A stretch of 64,000 nt of DNA from Alphaproteobacteria bacterium (GCA_964291215.2 OZ219791.1:3232001-3296000), one strand, 5' to 3'. Counted from the first letter of the stretch, positions 9,348 through 19,213 are shown. Notes: generated by a model from the sequence alone, not told the origin. Numbers and translations are program-made.

Positions 9348-9884
9348 CTAGGCAATTTCGGCTCGCTCTTCGTCAGGCACGAACAGTTCGACAAGATGCG
9401 CCAGCGCGCTCAGCCCGATCAGGATTGTCGCCCCGTACCACCACGGGGCGACCGGCCATCCAAGGACTGAGAGTTGACGGTTTTCCTCCGCCATGTCGTG
9501 GCTGTGCAGCAAGAGGTAGTAGGTGATTGCCCCCATGAAAACGGTCATGGACAATGCCCCGGTCCAGTCGAAGATTTTTCGGGCGCGCGGACCGAGGACA
9601 TAGCCGGCGACCGGCAGGGAGACATGTGCAGTTGCACTGGATCCGGCGACGAAAGATGCAGCGGCTATCAGGATGATTACGGTGCCGGCGATATCCATCG
9701 CACCGTGTATCGGTTGCGAGAAGGACCAGCGCATCAACACATCGAACACCGTGACCAGGGCGACCAGGAACAGGCCGACCATCGCCGCGACGGCGGCCGT
9801 GCGGGTCAGAGATCGGTGGAACGACGCGAGCGGCCGAGCCTTTCCCGGACGCGCCGACGCAGCAGATTTGATATCATCCGCCAT
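9348..9884 (-). CDS. dctQ: TRAP transporter small permease
   Basis: Four hydrophobic segments, DVLMRW motif, lies between dctP and dctM. Confidence 0.85.
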   Translation of the reverse strand: MADDIKSAASARPGKARPLASFHRSLTRTAAVAAMVGLFLVALVTVFDVLMRWSFSQPIHGAMDIAGTVIILIAAASFVAGSSATAHVSLPVAGYVLGPRARKIFDWTGALSMTVFMGAITYYLLLHSHDMAEENRQLSVLGWPVAPWWYGATILIGLSALAHLVELFVPDEERAEIA

Positions 9885-9987
9885 GAAGTGGAATCGTCAC
9901 CCGATTGCCTCGGCGACCGCCGGCCAATACCGGCGAGCGGGCGGCCTTCCCGCAGGACAAGCCGCTCCGTTTGCCGGGCCCCAAAGG

Positions 9988-10992
9988 TTAGTTGGTGCCA
10001 CGCACTTCCTTCAACGCCTTTTCATAGGCCTGCCAGCGCGCTTCTCCCACCGTCTTGCGCAGATCGGCATTGATCCCTGCAAAAGCTCTCTTCATCGCTG
10101 CCCGATCGGCGGCGGAAACCGGCGTGTAGGTGCTACCGTCGGCGGCCTTCACCTTGGCGATGGAGGCCGCGGTTGCCGTGTCCGAAGCCGCACCCTGCAA
10201 CCTGGACATTAGAGCAACGCCCTCCGGCACCAGCATCTTAGCCTTGTCCGGGAGCGCCTCGTAGACCTTCTTGTTCATCACCACCATGATCGGCAAGACG
10301 CCCAGCGAAGTGTGAAAGTGACTCTTGGTGACCTTGAGGATCTTGAACGTTTCGGCGGCGTTCCATTCCGAAACTGATCCATCGAGCAGGCCGCGGGAAA
10401 TGTTCTCGGCGATCTTGGTCACGCGCATGCCGACCGGCGTGGCACCAAGGGCCGTGACGATCCGGTTCTGCACCCGTCCGCCGGCACGGAGTTTCATGCC
10501 CTTCAGGTCTGCGATCGTCTTGACCGGCTTGACCGTATGGATAGAATAGGCACCGGTGCTGAAGACTCCCAAAACCTCGATCTTGTCCAGATTCCGGATC
10601 AGGTCGGCCTTGTACAGCTGCCACACCGCATAGGAACCCTCCGTTGAATTCCGCGCCAAGTTCGGCGCTTGGAAAAGGTCGAAATCCGGGAAGGTGCCCG
10701 GTGTGTAGCTGGGCACCACAAAGCCGATGTCCATGATGCCGGAACGCACCAGCTTGTACTGTTCGCGGGGGTTGCGGCCCAGCGTGCCGCCGAAGAAGAA
10801 TTTCACCTTGACCGCGCCCGCCGACTTTTCTTCGAACCACTTGGCCCAAGGCTTCAGAACCTTGCCAACCACATTGGCGCGTTCGCTGAAAAACACGCCG
10901 AAACGCACCTCCTTTGCCTCACCCATGGCCGCTGCCGGCGCGGTCGCGAAAAGCGCGGCGCCTAGGCCAACTGTTGCTAATACTCGTGTCAT
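9988..10992 (-). CDS. dctP: TRAP transporter substrate-binding protein
   Basis: Signal peptide, FFGGTLG, YTPGTFP, DLKGMKLR, LGATPV. Confidence 0.9.
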   Translation of the reverse strand: MTRVLATVGLGAALFATAPAAAMGEAKEVRFGVFFSERANVVGKVLKPWAKWFEEKSAGAVKVKFFFGGTLGRNPREQYKLVRSGIMDIGFVVPSYTPGTFPDFDLFQAPNLARNSTEGSYAVWQLYKADLIRNLDKIEVLGVFSTGAYSIHTVKPVKTIADLKGMKLRAGGRVQNRIVTALGATPVGMRVTKIAENISRGLLDGSVSEWNAAETFKILKVTKSHFHTSLGVLPIMVVMNKKVYEALPDKAKMLVPEGVALMSRLQGAASDTATAASIAKVKAADGSTYTPVSAADRAAMKRAFAGINADLRKTVGEARWQAYEKALKEVRGTN

Positions 10993-11041
10993 GGTTTCTT
11001 CCCCATCGTTGGTATCGGGCGTTAGCATCGGACAGAAGCAA

Positions 11042-11066
11042 TTGCACAGTTGGTTCGTTTGTGCAA
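11042..11066. promoter_or_regulatory. Palindromic operator between divergent dctP and the CoA-transferase
   Basis: TTGCACA-N11-TGTGCAA, perfect 7-bp arms. Confidence 0.5.
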
Positions 11067-11099
11067 GTTCAGGATTTGTCGGCAAGGCAGAGGAGAACC

Positions 11100-12308
11100 A
11101 TGAAGGCAATACTGGACGGCGTCAGGGTGCTCGATTTCGGCCATTTCATTGCGGGACCGTTTTGCGGCGCTCTGCTGGCCGACTTCGGCGCGGAGGTGAT
11201 CCGCGTGGAGAGGCCTCAAGGTGCGAACGACCGGTTCCTCGTGCCTCTGAGCGAACCGCCCGACATCGGTGGAGCCCTGTACCAGCAAGTCAACCGGAAC
11301 AAGCGCAGTCTGGCTCTCGACACCAATCAGCCTGAGGGGATTGCGGTCGTGACAGACCTGATCAGACAGGCCGATGTCGTCATCGCGAACTTTCCCGATC
11401 GCGTTCTACGAGCCCTGAAACTCGACTACGCGACACTGTCGGCAATCAAGCCGGATATCATCTTGTGTACCTGCAATGCGTATGGCGGCGTGGACAGTCT
11501 GTCGGACAAGCCGGGTTTTGATGGTGTTGGCCAAGCGCTTTCGGGCGCCATGGAGATGACGGGCGACCCGTCCGGTCCACGCAAGGCCTATGCTCATTAT
11601 GTCGACTTTTCGACCGCCGCACTCTCCGCTTTCGGCGTCGCCCTGTCGCTAATGAAACGCACCCAGACCGGAAAGGGCGATCATGTGCGGACATCGCTTC
11701 TCCACACGGCGCTTTCGATCATGAACTCCACGCTGATCGAAGCTTCCGTTACCGGTGTTGACCGGCGGGGAACCGGAAACCGAGCTCAGCTCGCCGGACC
11801 GGCCGACTGCTTCGCCACCAAGGACGGCCATATTCTGGTTCAGGTCGTAGGAGGATCCATGTTCCGGCGCATTGCAGACGTTGTGGGCCATCCCGAATGG
11901 CTGACGGACCGGCGATTTGCCACGGACGAAACGCGCGGCGAAAACGGCACTGTCCTGAGCGGTGCTGTCGCCGACTGGTGTCGCACCAAGACAACACGGG
12001 AATGCATTGCGGCGCTGGAAGCCGCCGGCCTGCCGGCGGCGCCGGTCGTCGCCCCGATTGACGTGATGGCCGATCCTGCCGTAGCAAGGCGCGGTTTCTT
12101 TTCGGACGTCTCGGTGCCGGGTGTTGCCAAACCGGTGCCGGTTGCCGGATCGCCGGTCGCGCTGGTTTCCGCCGACGCGTCGGAGCCCACCGTTGCTCCG
12201 GCGCTCGGCGCCCATTCCAGGGAAGTGCTGCAGGGTATCGGCTACGGAGATTCGGCCATTCAGGGGCTAATCGACCGGGGAGTTGTCCTGGCGTCCGACT
12301 CCGTCTGA
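11100..12308 (+). CDS. CaiB/BaiF family III CoA-transferase
   Basis: LDGVRVLDF..IAGPF..LADFGAEVIRVE, NRNKRS, ADVVIANF; AGGAG RBS. Confidence 0.92.
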   Translation: MKAILDGVRVLDFGHFIAGPFCGALLADFGAEVIRVERPQGANDRFLVPLSEPPDIGGALYQQVNRNKRSLALDTNQPEGIAVVTDLIRQADVVIANFPDRVLRALKLDYATLSAIKPDIILCTCNAYGGVDSLSDKPGFDGVGQALSGAMEMTGDPSGPRKAYAHYVDFSTAALSAFGVALSLMKRTQTGKGDHVRTSLLHTALSIMNSTLIEASVTGVDRRGTGNRAQLAGPADCFATKDGHILVQVVGGSMFRRIADVVGHPEWLTDRRFATDETRGENGTVLSGAVADWCRTKTTRECIAALEAAGLPAAPVVAPIDVMADPAVARRGFFSDVSVPGVAKPVPVAGSPVALVSADASEPTVAPALGAHSREVLQGIGYGDSAIQGLIDRGVVLASDSV

Positions 12309-14005
12309 GTTAACCCTGCCTCGACAAAGACCAGTTTGCTGCGCACGATCTTGTTCAAGGGATTGCGCGGAAGCGCTGCGAGAATCTGCAAACGCTCGGG
12401 AAACTTGTACTGCGCCAATCCCTGCTCGGTGAGGAATTCGGCGAGGCTCTCCAGGCTGATCTCAGCCCCGTCTTCCGGTACGACATACGCGCAGACGCGT
12501 TCGCCCAACCGGCCGTCCGGATAGCCGGCCACGGCAGCGTCTTTCAGCAGTGGATGTTTAGACAGGACGGTATCCAACTCCACCGGTGAGATGTTCATGC
12601 CGCCCCGGATGATGATCTCGCGTTTGCGTCCGACGAATCGGTAGTAGCGCGGTCCGAATGCATCTTCCGCTATCTCGAACAGGTCGCCGGATGGATAGTA
12701 CCCCTCGTCGTCGAAGACATCGCGAATGACCATCCCTCTGCGGAAATATCCGGGAAAGACGGAAGGCCCCCGGATAATCAACTCGCCGGGCCGGCCGGGC
12801 TCATCGATTTCCGCGCCCGTCTCGACATCCAGCAGCTTGGTCTCGCTCCAGTTCATCGCTGGGTTTCGCCAGGTAAACCGACTGCGACCGGCGCGCGGAA
12901 AGAACCGGGCGCGAGCCTCCGGATCCCCAACGTCGTCAATACCCGACGTAAGCGAAACGCCCTCGTTGGAGCCGAAAAAATTGGTCACCGTGACGCCGAA
13001 CCCGCGTTCGAAAACCCTCATCATCCAGGCATCCGGCGGCGCCGAGCCGGTCCCAACGCCGTCCAGCTCGCTAAGGTCCAACGACGCCAGCAGTTCCGTG
13101 TCCCGGGCGATCTGGTTGAGCAGAGCGGGTGCCACCACCGTGTAATTGATACGCTCGGTCTGGATCTGATCCAGAAAGCCGTCGAGATCGAAAGGATGGT
13201 GCAGGACAAATGTGCCGCCCGTAATCAGCCATGGCATCCAGATTCCGCCGATGGATGCCATGTTGACCGTCGGAAACGGGTTCAGCAGACGACACCCATC
13301 CCGTAGCCGTCCTCCCACGACGATTCCCTTGCCGGTGGTCATCCAGTTGTTGTGCGTGCGCGGTACCCCCTTCGGCTTCGCTTCGGTACCGGAGGTCCAG
13401 CAAACCGAAAAAATCTCGTCCGGAGATACCCGAGCAGCCTTGCCGATCTCCGCTTCGCGGCCTTGCACACCCTCCGCCAGCCGTGCTTCCAGATCGATCG
13501 CGCCTGGATTTTGGCTGCGCCCCCACGCATAGACCCGCGACGGTGGGCTGGAGAGCCCGGTCAGAAAGAACGCGACGTGATCGAAGCCCTTGAAGTTCGG
13601 CGTTGTGAAACAGGCCGCGGCGCCCGATGTCTCTAGGATGTCGGCAATTTCCTTGTGCCGGTATTGAATCGGAATCGGGCTGATGACCAGACCGAGTTTG
13701 GCCGCGGCCAAATACAATTCGATCTGCTCCGCGACGTTTGGCAATTGCACGACAATAACGTCATCTTTCTCAAGGCCATCCGCTGTCAGGATTGCGGCCA
13801 GCCGGTCTGCCGACTCGGCCAGGTCCCGATAGGTCAATCGCTTCGGCGTTCCGGTGGTGAAGGTTGGCCGGCGCGGATCGTCGATGACAGCATCGCGGTC
13901 CGGCGTCGCATGGCAATTTGCGATGAAGCGTTGCCAGACGGTCTCGTCGCCCCAGGCACCCAATGCTCTGTATCGCTCGATCACATCCGGCGGAAACGGT
14001 GTCAT
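12260..14005 (-). CDS. Acyl/aryl-CoA ligase (AMP-binding)
   Basis: WTSGTEAKPKGV, FGSNEG, SGDL, GRKREIIIRGG, PRNPLNK. Confidence 0.9.
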   Translation of the reverse strand: MTPFPPDVIERYRALGAWGDETVWQRFIANCHATPDRDAVIDDPRRPTFTTGTPKRLTYRDLAESADRLAAILTADGLEKDDVIVVQLPNVAEQIELYLAAAKLGLVISPIPIQYRHKEIADILETSGAAACFTTPNFKGFDHVAFFLTGLSSPPSRVYAWGRSQNPGAIDLEARLAEGVQGREAEIGKAARVSPDEIFSVCWTSGTEAKPKGVPRTHNNWMTTGKGIVVGGRLRDGCRLLNPFPTVNMASIGGIWMPWLITGGTFVLHHPFDLDGFLDQIQTERINYTVVAPALLNQIARDTELLASLDLSELDGVGTGSAPPDAWMMRVFERGFGVTVTNFFGSNEGVSLTSGIDDVGDPEARARFFPRAGRSRFTWRNPAMNWSETKLLDVETGAEIDEPGRPGELIIRGPSVFPGYFRRGMVIRDVFDDEGYYPSGDLFEIAEDAFGPRYYRFVGRKREIIIRGGMNISPVELDTVLSKHPLLKDAAVAGYPDGRLGERVCAYVVPEDGAEISLESLAEFLTEQGLAQYKFPERLQILAALPRNPLNKIVRSKLVFVEAGLTQTESDARTTPRSISP

Positions 14006-14064
14006 CGACAGTTCTCTGAAATCGGTCCTTTCACGACAAGCGTCCGGCGGATCGCGGAGCCCGT

Positions 14065-15006
14065 TCAGACGGACTGAGCATATTCGGACTTGAAGCGGGC
14101 AACCAGATCCCGAACGGGCAGCGTGCCGTCAATCGCACCGACGCCCTGGCCTGCCGACCAGATGCCTGTCCAAGGCTTCACTTCCATGTCCTTCTGCCCG
14201 GTGAAGTTCATTTTCGCTTTCTTGTCGATGAGGTCGTCCGGATTGATCCCCTGGGCTTCGATGCTGGGCCGCAACATGTTGGCGTTCGCGCCCGTGAAAG
14301 CCTTGGTCACGACCAGATCCTGCGCGTTGCATTCAGCGAGCAGTTGCTGATGCTGCGGATCGGCCAGGCTTTCCTCCGTGGCGATGAAGCTGGTGCCGAC
14401 ATAGGCGAAGTCGGCGCCGAGAACCTCACACGCCCGAACCGCATTTCCTGTCGCGATTCCGCCAGCAAGCGCAATGTAGCCATCCCAGAACCGGCGCACT
14501 TCGTCGACGAATGCGAAATGGCAAAGGTCGCCCGTGTGACCGCCGGCGCCGGCGCATACGAGCACGAGGCCGTCAACGCCGGCGCTTGCGGCCTTCCGCG
14601 CGAGCGGTACGCTGTTCACGTCCGCAAACACCAAACCGCCATAGCCGTGGACATCGGCGACCACGCGCTTCGGGCTTCCCAATGCGGTAATGACGATCGG
14701 CGCCCGATACTGAACGACCAGTTCAAGGTCTTCGGGCAGACGTGCATTGGTCGAATGAACCACGAGGTTGGCGGCCCAGGGCGCAATGGGCGTCTCGGGA
14801 TCTTCAGCCTGCGCCCCGGCAAGCCTGCCGGTGATCTCCTTCAGCCATCGTTCCAAGTTGTCGACGGTTCGGCAATTGGGCGTCGGAAAGGTGCCGACGA
14901 CGCCGGCGCGGCAGGCCTCGACAACGAGGTCGGGTCCCGAGACGAGAAACATCGGCGCTACGAACATGGGCAACGAGAGTAATTTCAGTGCCTCCGCAGG
15001 AGTCAT
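14065..15006 (-). CDS. Nitronate monooxygenase family flavoprotein (FabK-like)
   Basis: APMFLVS, GAGGHTG, LAGGI, GTSFIAT, WSAGQG. Confidence 0.88.
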   Translation of the reverse strand: MTPAEALKLLSLPMFVAPMFLVSGPDLVVEACRAGVVGTFPTPNCRTVDNLERWLKEITGRLAGAQAEDPETPIAPWAANLVVHSTNARLPEDLELVVQYRAPIVITALGSPKRVVADVHGYGGLVFADVNSVPLARKAASAGVDGLVLVCAGAGGHTGDLCHFAFVDEVRRFWDGYIALAGGIATGNAVRACEVLGADFAYVGTSFIATEESLADPQHQQLLAECNAQDLVVTKAFTGANANMLRPSIEAQGINPDDLIDKKAKMNFTGQKDMEVKPWTGIWSAGQGVGAIDGTLPVRDLVARFKSEYAQSV

Positions 15007-15008
15007 GG

Positions 15009-16559
15009 TCAGGCCCAACCCAGATCTTCGCCTCGTACCCATGTCGTGTGGAACCCCAACGGGATGCGCTGCGGAATCTTGATTCGCGCGATCGGGCCAT
15101 CACCTGGACTTTGAGCGTCGAACAGATGGCATTCGGATTGCCAGGTTGCCGTATCGGTGACGAAGGTGACAACATACCCGTCGTCCTCCCGGTCGTTCAC
15201 CGTCGCCCCGATTTTTGGCGCGAAAGGCGCCTCGTTTCCGTAGCAGCCCTCACCGTAATCCCAGCGTTCGCAAGATCCGGTCTCGGTATCGTATTTCACC
15301 AAACCGTCGAAGGTTTGGCAGTGACCGGTTACGCTGCCTGGTGCGTGGTCCATCGGCGGGATGAACTGGTTGTAGGAATAGCGCGATTTCAATCCTGCAT
15401 AGAGCGGATTGATCGTCGGGAATTCCGTGTTCAGTTCGTCGATCCGGTGCTCGCGGGTTTCGCCGGTCTTCAGGTTGAAGCGCCAGCGATGCAGCATATG
15501 AATGCGCTGGCGGAGCGACAGCATGGAGGCCAAGCCTTCGTTCCCCGGATCGCGCTCGTAGCTGGGGTCAGGCTGACGACAGCCGTCCATGACGATCCAG
15601 TCGCCCTCTTCCCAACAATTGACGATGTGCAGGATGTAGCAGGGGTCGGCCTCGAACCACCGGACCTCGTCGCTCCGGCCATAGCGCGGAATGATACCGA
15701 AACGCGCTGGCAGATCCGGATGGAAGCGCACTTGGCGCTTGTTCGCCGTATCCAGCACATCGACATCCTGGAAGAAGGGCAGATCGTGGAGGATGGAGTA
15801 GTTCTCCGTCATCCCGATATCGTGGGGCGAACGCGGGCCGGGAATATCGACCGGCACTTCGTGGATCAGTTCGCCGGTCGGGCTGCCGACGCCATATGTC
15901 ATGTAAGGCGCCTCGTTACCGTAGTTGAACATGATCAGTTCGCCGGTCCGCGGATCGGTCTTGGAATGCGCAGACAGCGTATGTCGCAGTTTGCCGCCAA
16001 AATCTTCGGCGCCGCGCGTCTTCAGTGTGAGCGGATCAATCTCGTAGGGGACACCTGCGAGGTACCACAGACTCAGCAGCTTTCCGTTGTAGAAGATGAC
16101 GTCGGTGTTGGAATTGTCCTTGATCGGCGAATGGGGCAGCGAGAAATCGAAAGGACCTGCCAGGCCGGGCCAGATGTTGCGCCCCTCCTCCTCCTCGCGG
16201 CGAAAAGCGAATGTATGGATCCAGCGCGACACGTAAGACGCTTTGCCATCTCGGAAATAGATGGCGTGGAGCATTCCGTCACCGTCGTAGTAATGATACT
16301 TGGTCTCTGGTTTGAAGCGCTGGTTCGGCCCGTTCCGCACATAGGCGCCGACCAGACTGTCCGGTAGTTCGCCTTCGACTTCGAGCATATCGGCCGACAT
16401 CTCGGTCGTGATAGGTGCAAAGACGCCGTGCAGATACGGGTGATCGACGTCCCAGATCCAATCCGGCGTGTCTGTTGGCGGAGTCCCCGCAGCGCCGAGC
16501 GCTTCGACATTGCGAACGGTGATCGGCAATCTGGCTAGCCTTTGCCGGACGGATGTCAT
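15009..16559 (-). CDS. Carotenoid cleavage / lignostilbene-type dioxygenase (RPE65 family)
   Basis: RNGPN, DGDGMLH, four Fe-binding His motifs (SAHSK, SPHDI, ILHIV, GFHTTW), EAPFAP. Confidence 0.93.
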   Translation of the reverse strand: MTSVRQRLARLPITVRNVEALGAAGTPPTDTPDWIWDVDHPYLHGVFAPITTEMSADMLEVEGELPDSLVGAYVRNGPNQRFKPETKYHYYDGDGMLHAIYFRDGKASYVSRWIHTFAFRREEEEGRNIWPGLAGPFDFSLPHSPIKDNSNTDVIFYNGKLLSLWYLAGVPYEIDPLTLKTRGAEDFGGKLRHTLSAHSKTDPRTGELIMFNYGNEAPYMTYGVGSPTGELIHEVPVDIPGPRSPHDIGMTENYSILHDLPFFQDVDVLDTANKRQVRFHPDLPARFGIIPRYGRSDEVRWFEADPCYILHIVNCWEEGDWIVMDGCRQPDPSYERDPGNEGLASMLSLRQRIHMLHRWRFNLKTGETREHRIDELNTEFPTINPLYAGLKSRYSYNQFIPPMDHAPGSVTGHCQTFDGLVKYDTETGSCERWDYGEGCYGNEAPFAPKIGATVNDREDDGYVVTFVTDTATWQSECHLFDAQSPGDGPIARIKIPQRIPLGFHTTWVRGEDLGWA

Positions 16560-16651
16560 CGTAGTCGAACCTCGGTGGCGGACTGCAGAGTGCGCTCATC
16601 GCAAAGCGGAACCGCGTTTTGCGGCGCGCACAATCGGTTGGAGCACCTTTT

Positions 16652-16668
16652 AACTTTCATTATTAGAC
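16652..16668 (-). promoter_or_regulatory. Candidate operator GTCTAAT-N4-AAAGTT upstream of the dioxygenase
   Basis: Plus strand aactttcattattagac; matches 5511-5527. Confidence 0.55.
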
Positions 16669-16751
16669 TTGCTAAATGTCAACCGGGAGAGTGCTGTTGT
16701 CAACCGTCCCCGCGAGTGTCGGCACCTTGTATTGACTTGAGGAGAAGCGAA

Positions 16752-17459
16752 TTGTCGAGACAGCCGGAACTGCCATGGATTTTGCTGCCGGGATTGCTTT
16801 GCGATCGCGAGTCCTGGAGCCCGCTCCGTTCCGCGGTGCGGGATGTGTCGGCAATCTGTCCGACCTATCCGGAGGCGTTCGCCGTCGCCGAGATCGCCTC
16901 GACAGTTCTTGAAGCGGCGCCGGAAAGGTTCTTGGTCGCCGGCCACTCAATGGGCGGCTATATCGCTTTCGAGATGCTCCGCCAAGCGCCGGAGAGATGC
17001 GCCGGCCTGTTGCTGATCTCCACGCAGGCAGAAGCGGACACGCCCGAACAGTCGGTGGCGCGGCGGGAGCTGGGCGACCGCGCCCGGCGCGAGGGCCTGG
17101 ACGGAATCGCTGAGTTCATGTCTAATCTGTGTATTCCCAAGACGAGCAACCGCGCCACAGCGCTCCGGCGGCGATTTGCGGCGATGGCGCACCGTTATGG
17201 CGTGGACGCTTTCGCCGCGCATCAGGAAGCCATAGCCGGCCGCCCGTCGAGCGTGCCGGACCTTCCGGGCATAGGCATACCGACGGTCCTGGTCGGCACC
17301 GCCGATGACAGGATCGTGCCGCCGCATCGCACGTTCGCCATGACCGACGCCCTGCCGGCCGCCCAGACTTTGAGGCTCGATACCGGCGGTCATTTGCCGA
17401 TGTGGACGCAGGGCGAAGATTGTATCGATGCTGTACATCTGCTATCGGATAAACTGTAA
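16752..17459 (+). CDS. Alpha/beta-fold hydrolase
   Basis: LLPGLLCD, GHSMGG nucleophile elbow, DDRIVP, GHLP; TTG start after GAGGAG; stop lies in an IS66-type end. Confidence 0.85.
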   Translation: MSRQPELPWILLPGLLCDRESWSPLRSAVRDVSAICPTYPEAFAVAEIASTVLEAAPERFLVAGHSMGGYIAFEMLRQAPERCAGLLLISTQAEADTPEQSVARRELGDRARREGLDGIAEFMSNLCIPKTSNRATALRRRFAAMAHRYGVDAFAAHQEAIAGRPSSVPDLPGIGIPTVLVGTADDRIVPPHRTFAMTDALPAAQTLRLDTGGHLPMWTQGEDCIDAVHLLSDKL

Positions 17460-17740
17460 GCGTTCGTTCGTGCGGTGATCACGATCTGCGCCGAGCTTTG
17501 TTTTGGCGATTGGTAACTGCTCACCTCCTGGTTCCGGCTTGATGTCGGGGTAGAGCAACGAACGGGTTTTCGTGGAGATTTGACACGGCAGACCGATTCG
17601 TTTAGTTGTGGTCATCGAGAACGATGAGGACCGCCGGTGGGCTACTTTGGATGTGAGCGTTCGTTCGTGCGGTGAGGTGTTGTTGTTCTCGTCCGTTTGA
17701 CGGGCTTTTGTCAGGGAGTTCCAGCGTCATCCGGAGCGGT
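17456..17740. mobile_element. Mosaic of IS66-family ends: gtaagcgttcgttcgtgcggtga (17456), left end of the methylase-carrying IS66 (17513-17652), gtgagcgttcgttcgtgcggtga (17653)
   Basis: GTAA/GTGA-type termini; 17513-17652 is near-identical to the reverse complements of 47124-47263 and 50547-50686; right boundary approximate. Confidence 0.75.
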
Positions 17741-17927
17741 TTCGTGCACCGGGATGCGCGGTTAGGTTGGGCGGGCACTGGCCAAGGCTCTTCTTTTGTC
17801 CGGTTCCGTCCAACGAGGGAGCGTTGTAGGCAGATCTGGAGGTCCATTCGGGGGCGGATTTCGTTGTCGATATGCCGGTTCCGACCTTGAGAAGGTGCCA
17901 CCAGCTTCAAGAACGGCCACTCTGACA
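17740..17927 (-). mobile_element. Possible orphan non-coding end of an IS110-family element
   Basis: Minus strand gagtggccgttcttgaagctggtggcacc...gagccttggccagtg resembles, from recall only, alphaproteobacterial IS110 upstream regions; no transposase present. Confidence 0.35.
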
Positions 17928-18074
17928 CGGTTGTCCGCCGCCGATCGCGACAACAGAATGGTCCTGGGGATCATCGTGCCCGCGTTGCCCCACCCGTTGC
18001 GCCGTGCTAGGTACTTCGGCGGTGCGGAGGCGGACCCGGTTGCAGAGGGCCCCCGCCCGCTGTATCAACTACTA

Positions 18075-18200
18075 ATCCCACACGCGGGGCTGCGGGCCGC
18101 AACCGTCCGGTTGATGGTCCGTTCCGGTATCGGGAAGGCACCGGCAACGAGCCGGTGTTCCCGGTGTTTCCTGCGGAGGTCCAACCGGAAAAGGAAACCG
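18075..18200 (+). promoter_or_regulatory. rpsB leader (S2 autoregulatory RNA)
   Basis: cccacacgcgg ... cggaggtccaaccggaaaagga, the conserved leader ends directly upstream of rpsB. Confidence 0.5.
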
Positions 18201-18202
18201 AC

Positions 18203-19162
18203 ATGACGATGCCAGAATTCACCATGCGCCAGCTTCTCGAAGCCGGCGTGCATTTCGGACACCAGACACGCCGCTGGAACCCGAAGATGGAACCATACAT
18301 CTACGGAGTGCGCAACGGCGTCCATGTTATCGACCTGCGCCAGACCGTGCCGATGCTGCATGCAGCGCTCGAATTCGTTCGCAGCGTGACCGCGCAGGGC
18401 GGGCGGATACTGTTTGTCGGAACCAAGCGGCAGGCCAGCGATCTCGTCAAGACGGCAGCCGTCCGCTGCGGCCAGTACTATGTCAATCACCGCTGGCTTG
18501 GCGGCATGCTGACCAACTGGAAGACGATCACGGCCTCCATAAAGAGGCTTTCGGAGCTTGACGAGCGGCTCGAATCCGCCGAGGCAATCGAGGGCCTTAC
18601 GAAGAAGGAGCGCCTGAACCTGACCCGTGAACGCGACAAGCTTGAACGCTCGCTTGGCGGCATCAAGAACATGGGCGGGCTCCCGAACGTTATTTTCTTG
18701 ATCGATACGAACAAGGAAGCGATCGCGATGGCCGAAGGCCTCAAGCTCGACATTCCGCTGATTGCTGTGATCGACAGCAACTCCAACCCGGATGGAATCG
18801 CCTATCCGATACCCGGTAACGACGACGCGATCCGGTCGATCGCGCTCTATTGCGACCTCTTGGCAACGGCCGTGCTCGACGGCCTCCAGCAGGAGGCAAT
18901 CGGCGCCGGCAGCGATATCGGCGAAGCCGAAGAGCCCCTCCCCGAACCGGCCCTTGAGGCGCCCGATGCGCCATCGGGCGAAGAGGCGGCGGATGCAGCC
19001 GCTGCGCCAGATGCCGCCGCGGGCGATGCAACGGGTGTGGACGCGGGCGATGCGGCGTCAGCCGAAGCCGTGGAGGCGTCCGATGACGAGGCTGGCGGCA
19101 CTTCGGCTTTGCTGCCGGATGGTGGCGGCGGTGATGAGGAGACGTCCGAAACCGGACAGTGA
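18203..19162 (+). CDS. rpsB: 30S ribosomal protein S2 with acidic C-terminal tail
   Basis: [39 protein letters not shown]. Confidence 0.98.
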   Translation: MTMPEFTMRQLLEAGVHFGHQTRRWNPKMEPYIYGVRNGVHVIDLRQTVPMLHAALEFVRSVTAQGGRILFVGTKRQASDLVKTAAVRCGQYYVNHRWLGGMLTNWKTITASIKRLSELDERLESAEAIEGLTKKERLNLTRERDKLERSLGGIKNMGGLPNVIFLIDTNKEAIAMAEGLKLDIPLIAVIDSNSNPDGIAYPIPGNDDAIRSIALYCDLLATAVLDGLQQEAIGAGSDIGEAEEPLPEPALEAPDAPSGEEAADAAAAPDAAAGDATGVDAGDAASAEAVEASDDEAGGTSALLPDGGGGDEETSETGQ

Positions 19163-19213
19163 GGCCGGGAAGGGGAACGCGAATGTTTCGCAAGTATGGG
19201 GGACAGGCAAGAG

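Noticed and set aside
14988-16367. 459-aa plus-strand ORF, and similar long antisense ORFs at 25749-27299, 27886-29535, 35597-37081 and 58715-60724
   Set aside because: Each lies opposite a well-supported gene; codon-bias shadow frames
17456-17675. Two 23-bp direct repeats as a mini-CRISPR or attachment sites
   Set aside because: They begin with IS66-type GTAAGCG/GTGAGCG, are 197 bp apart and enclose another IS end
18930-19162. Long acidic Ala/Asp/Glu tail on RpsB as a novel domain
   Set aside because: Low-complexity S2 tails are common in Alphaproteobacteria
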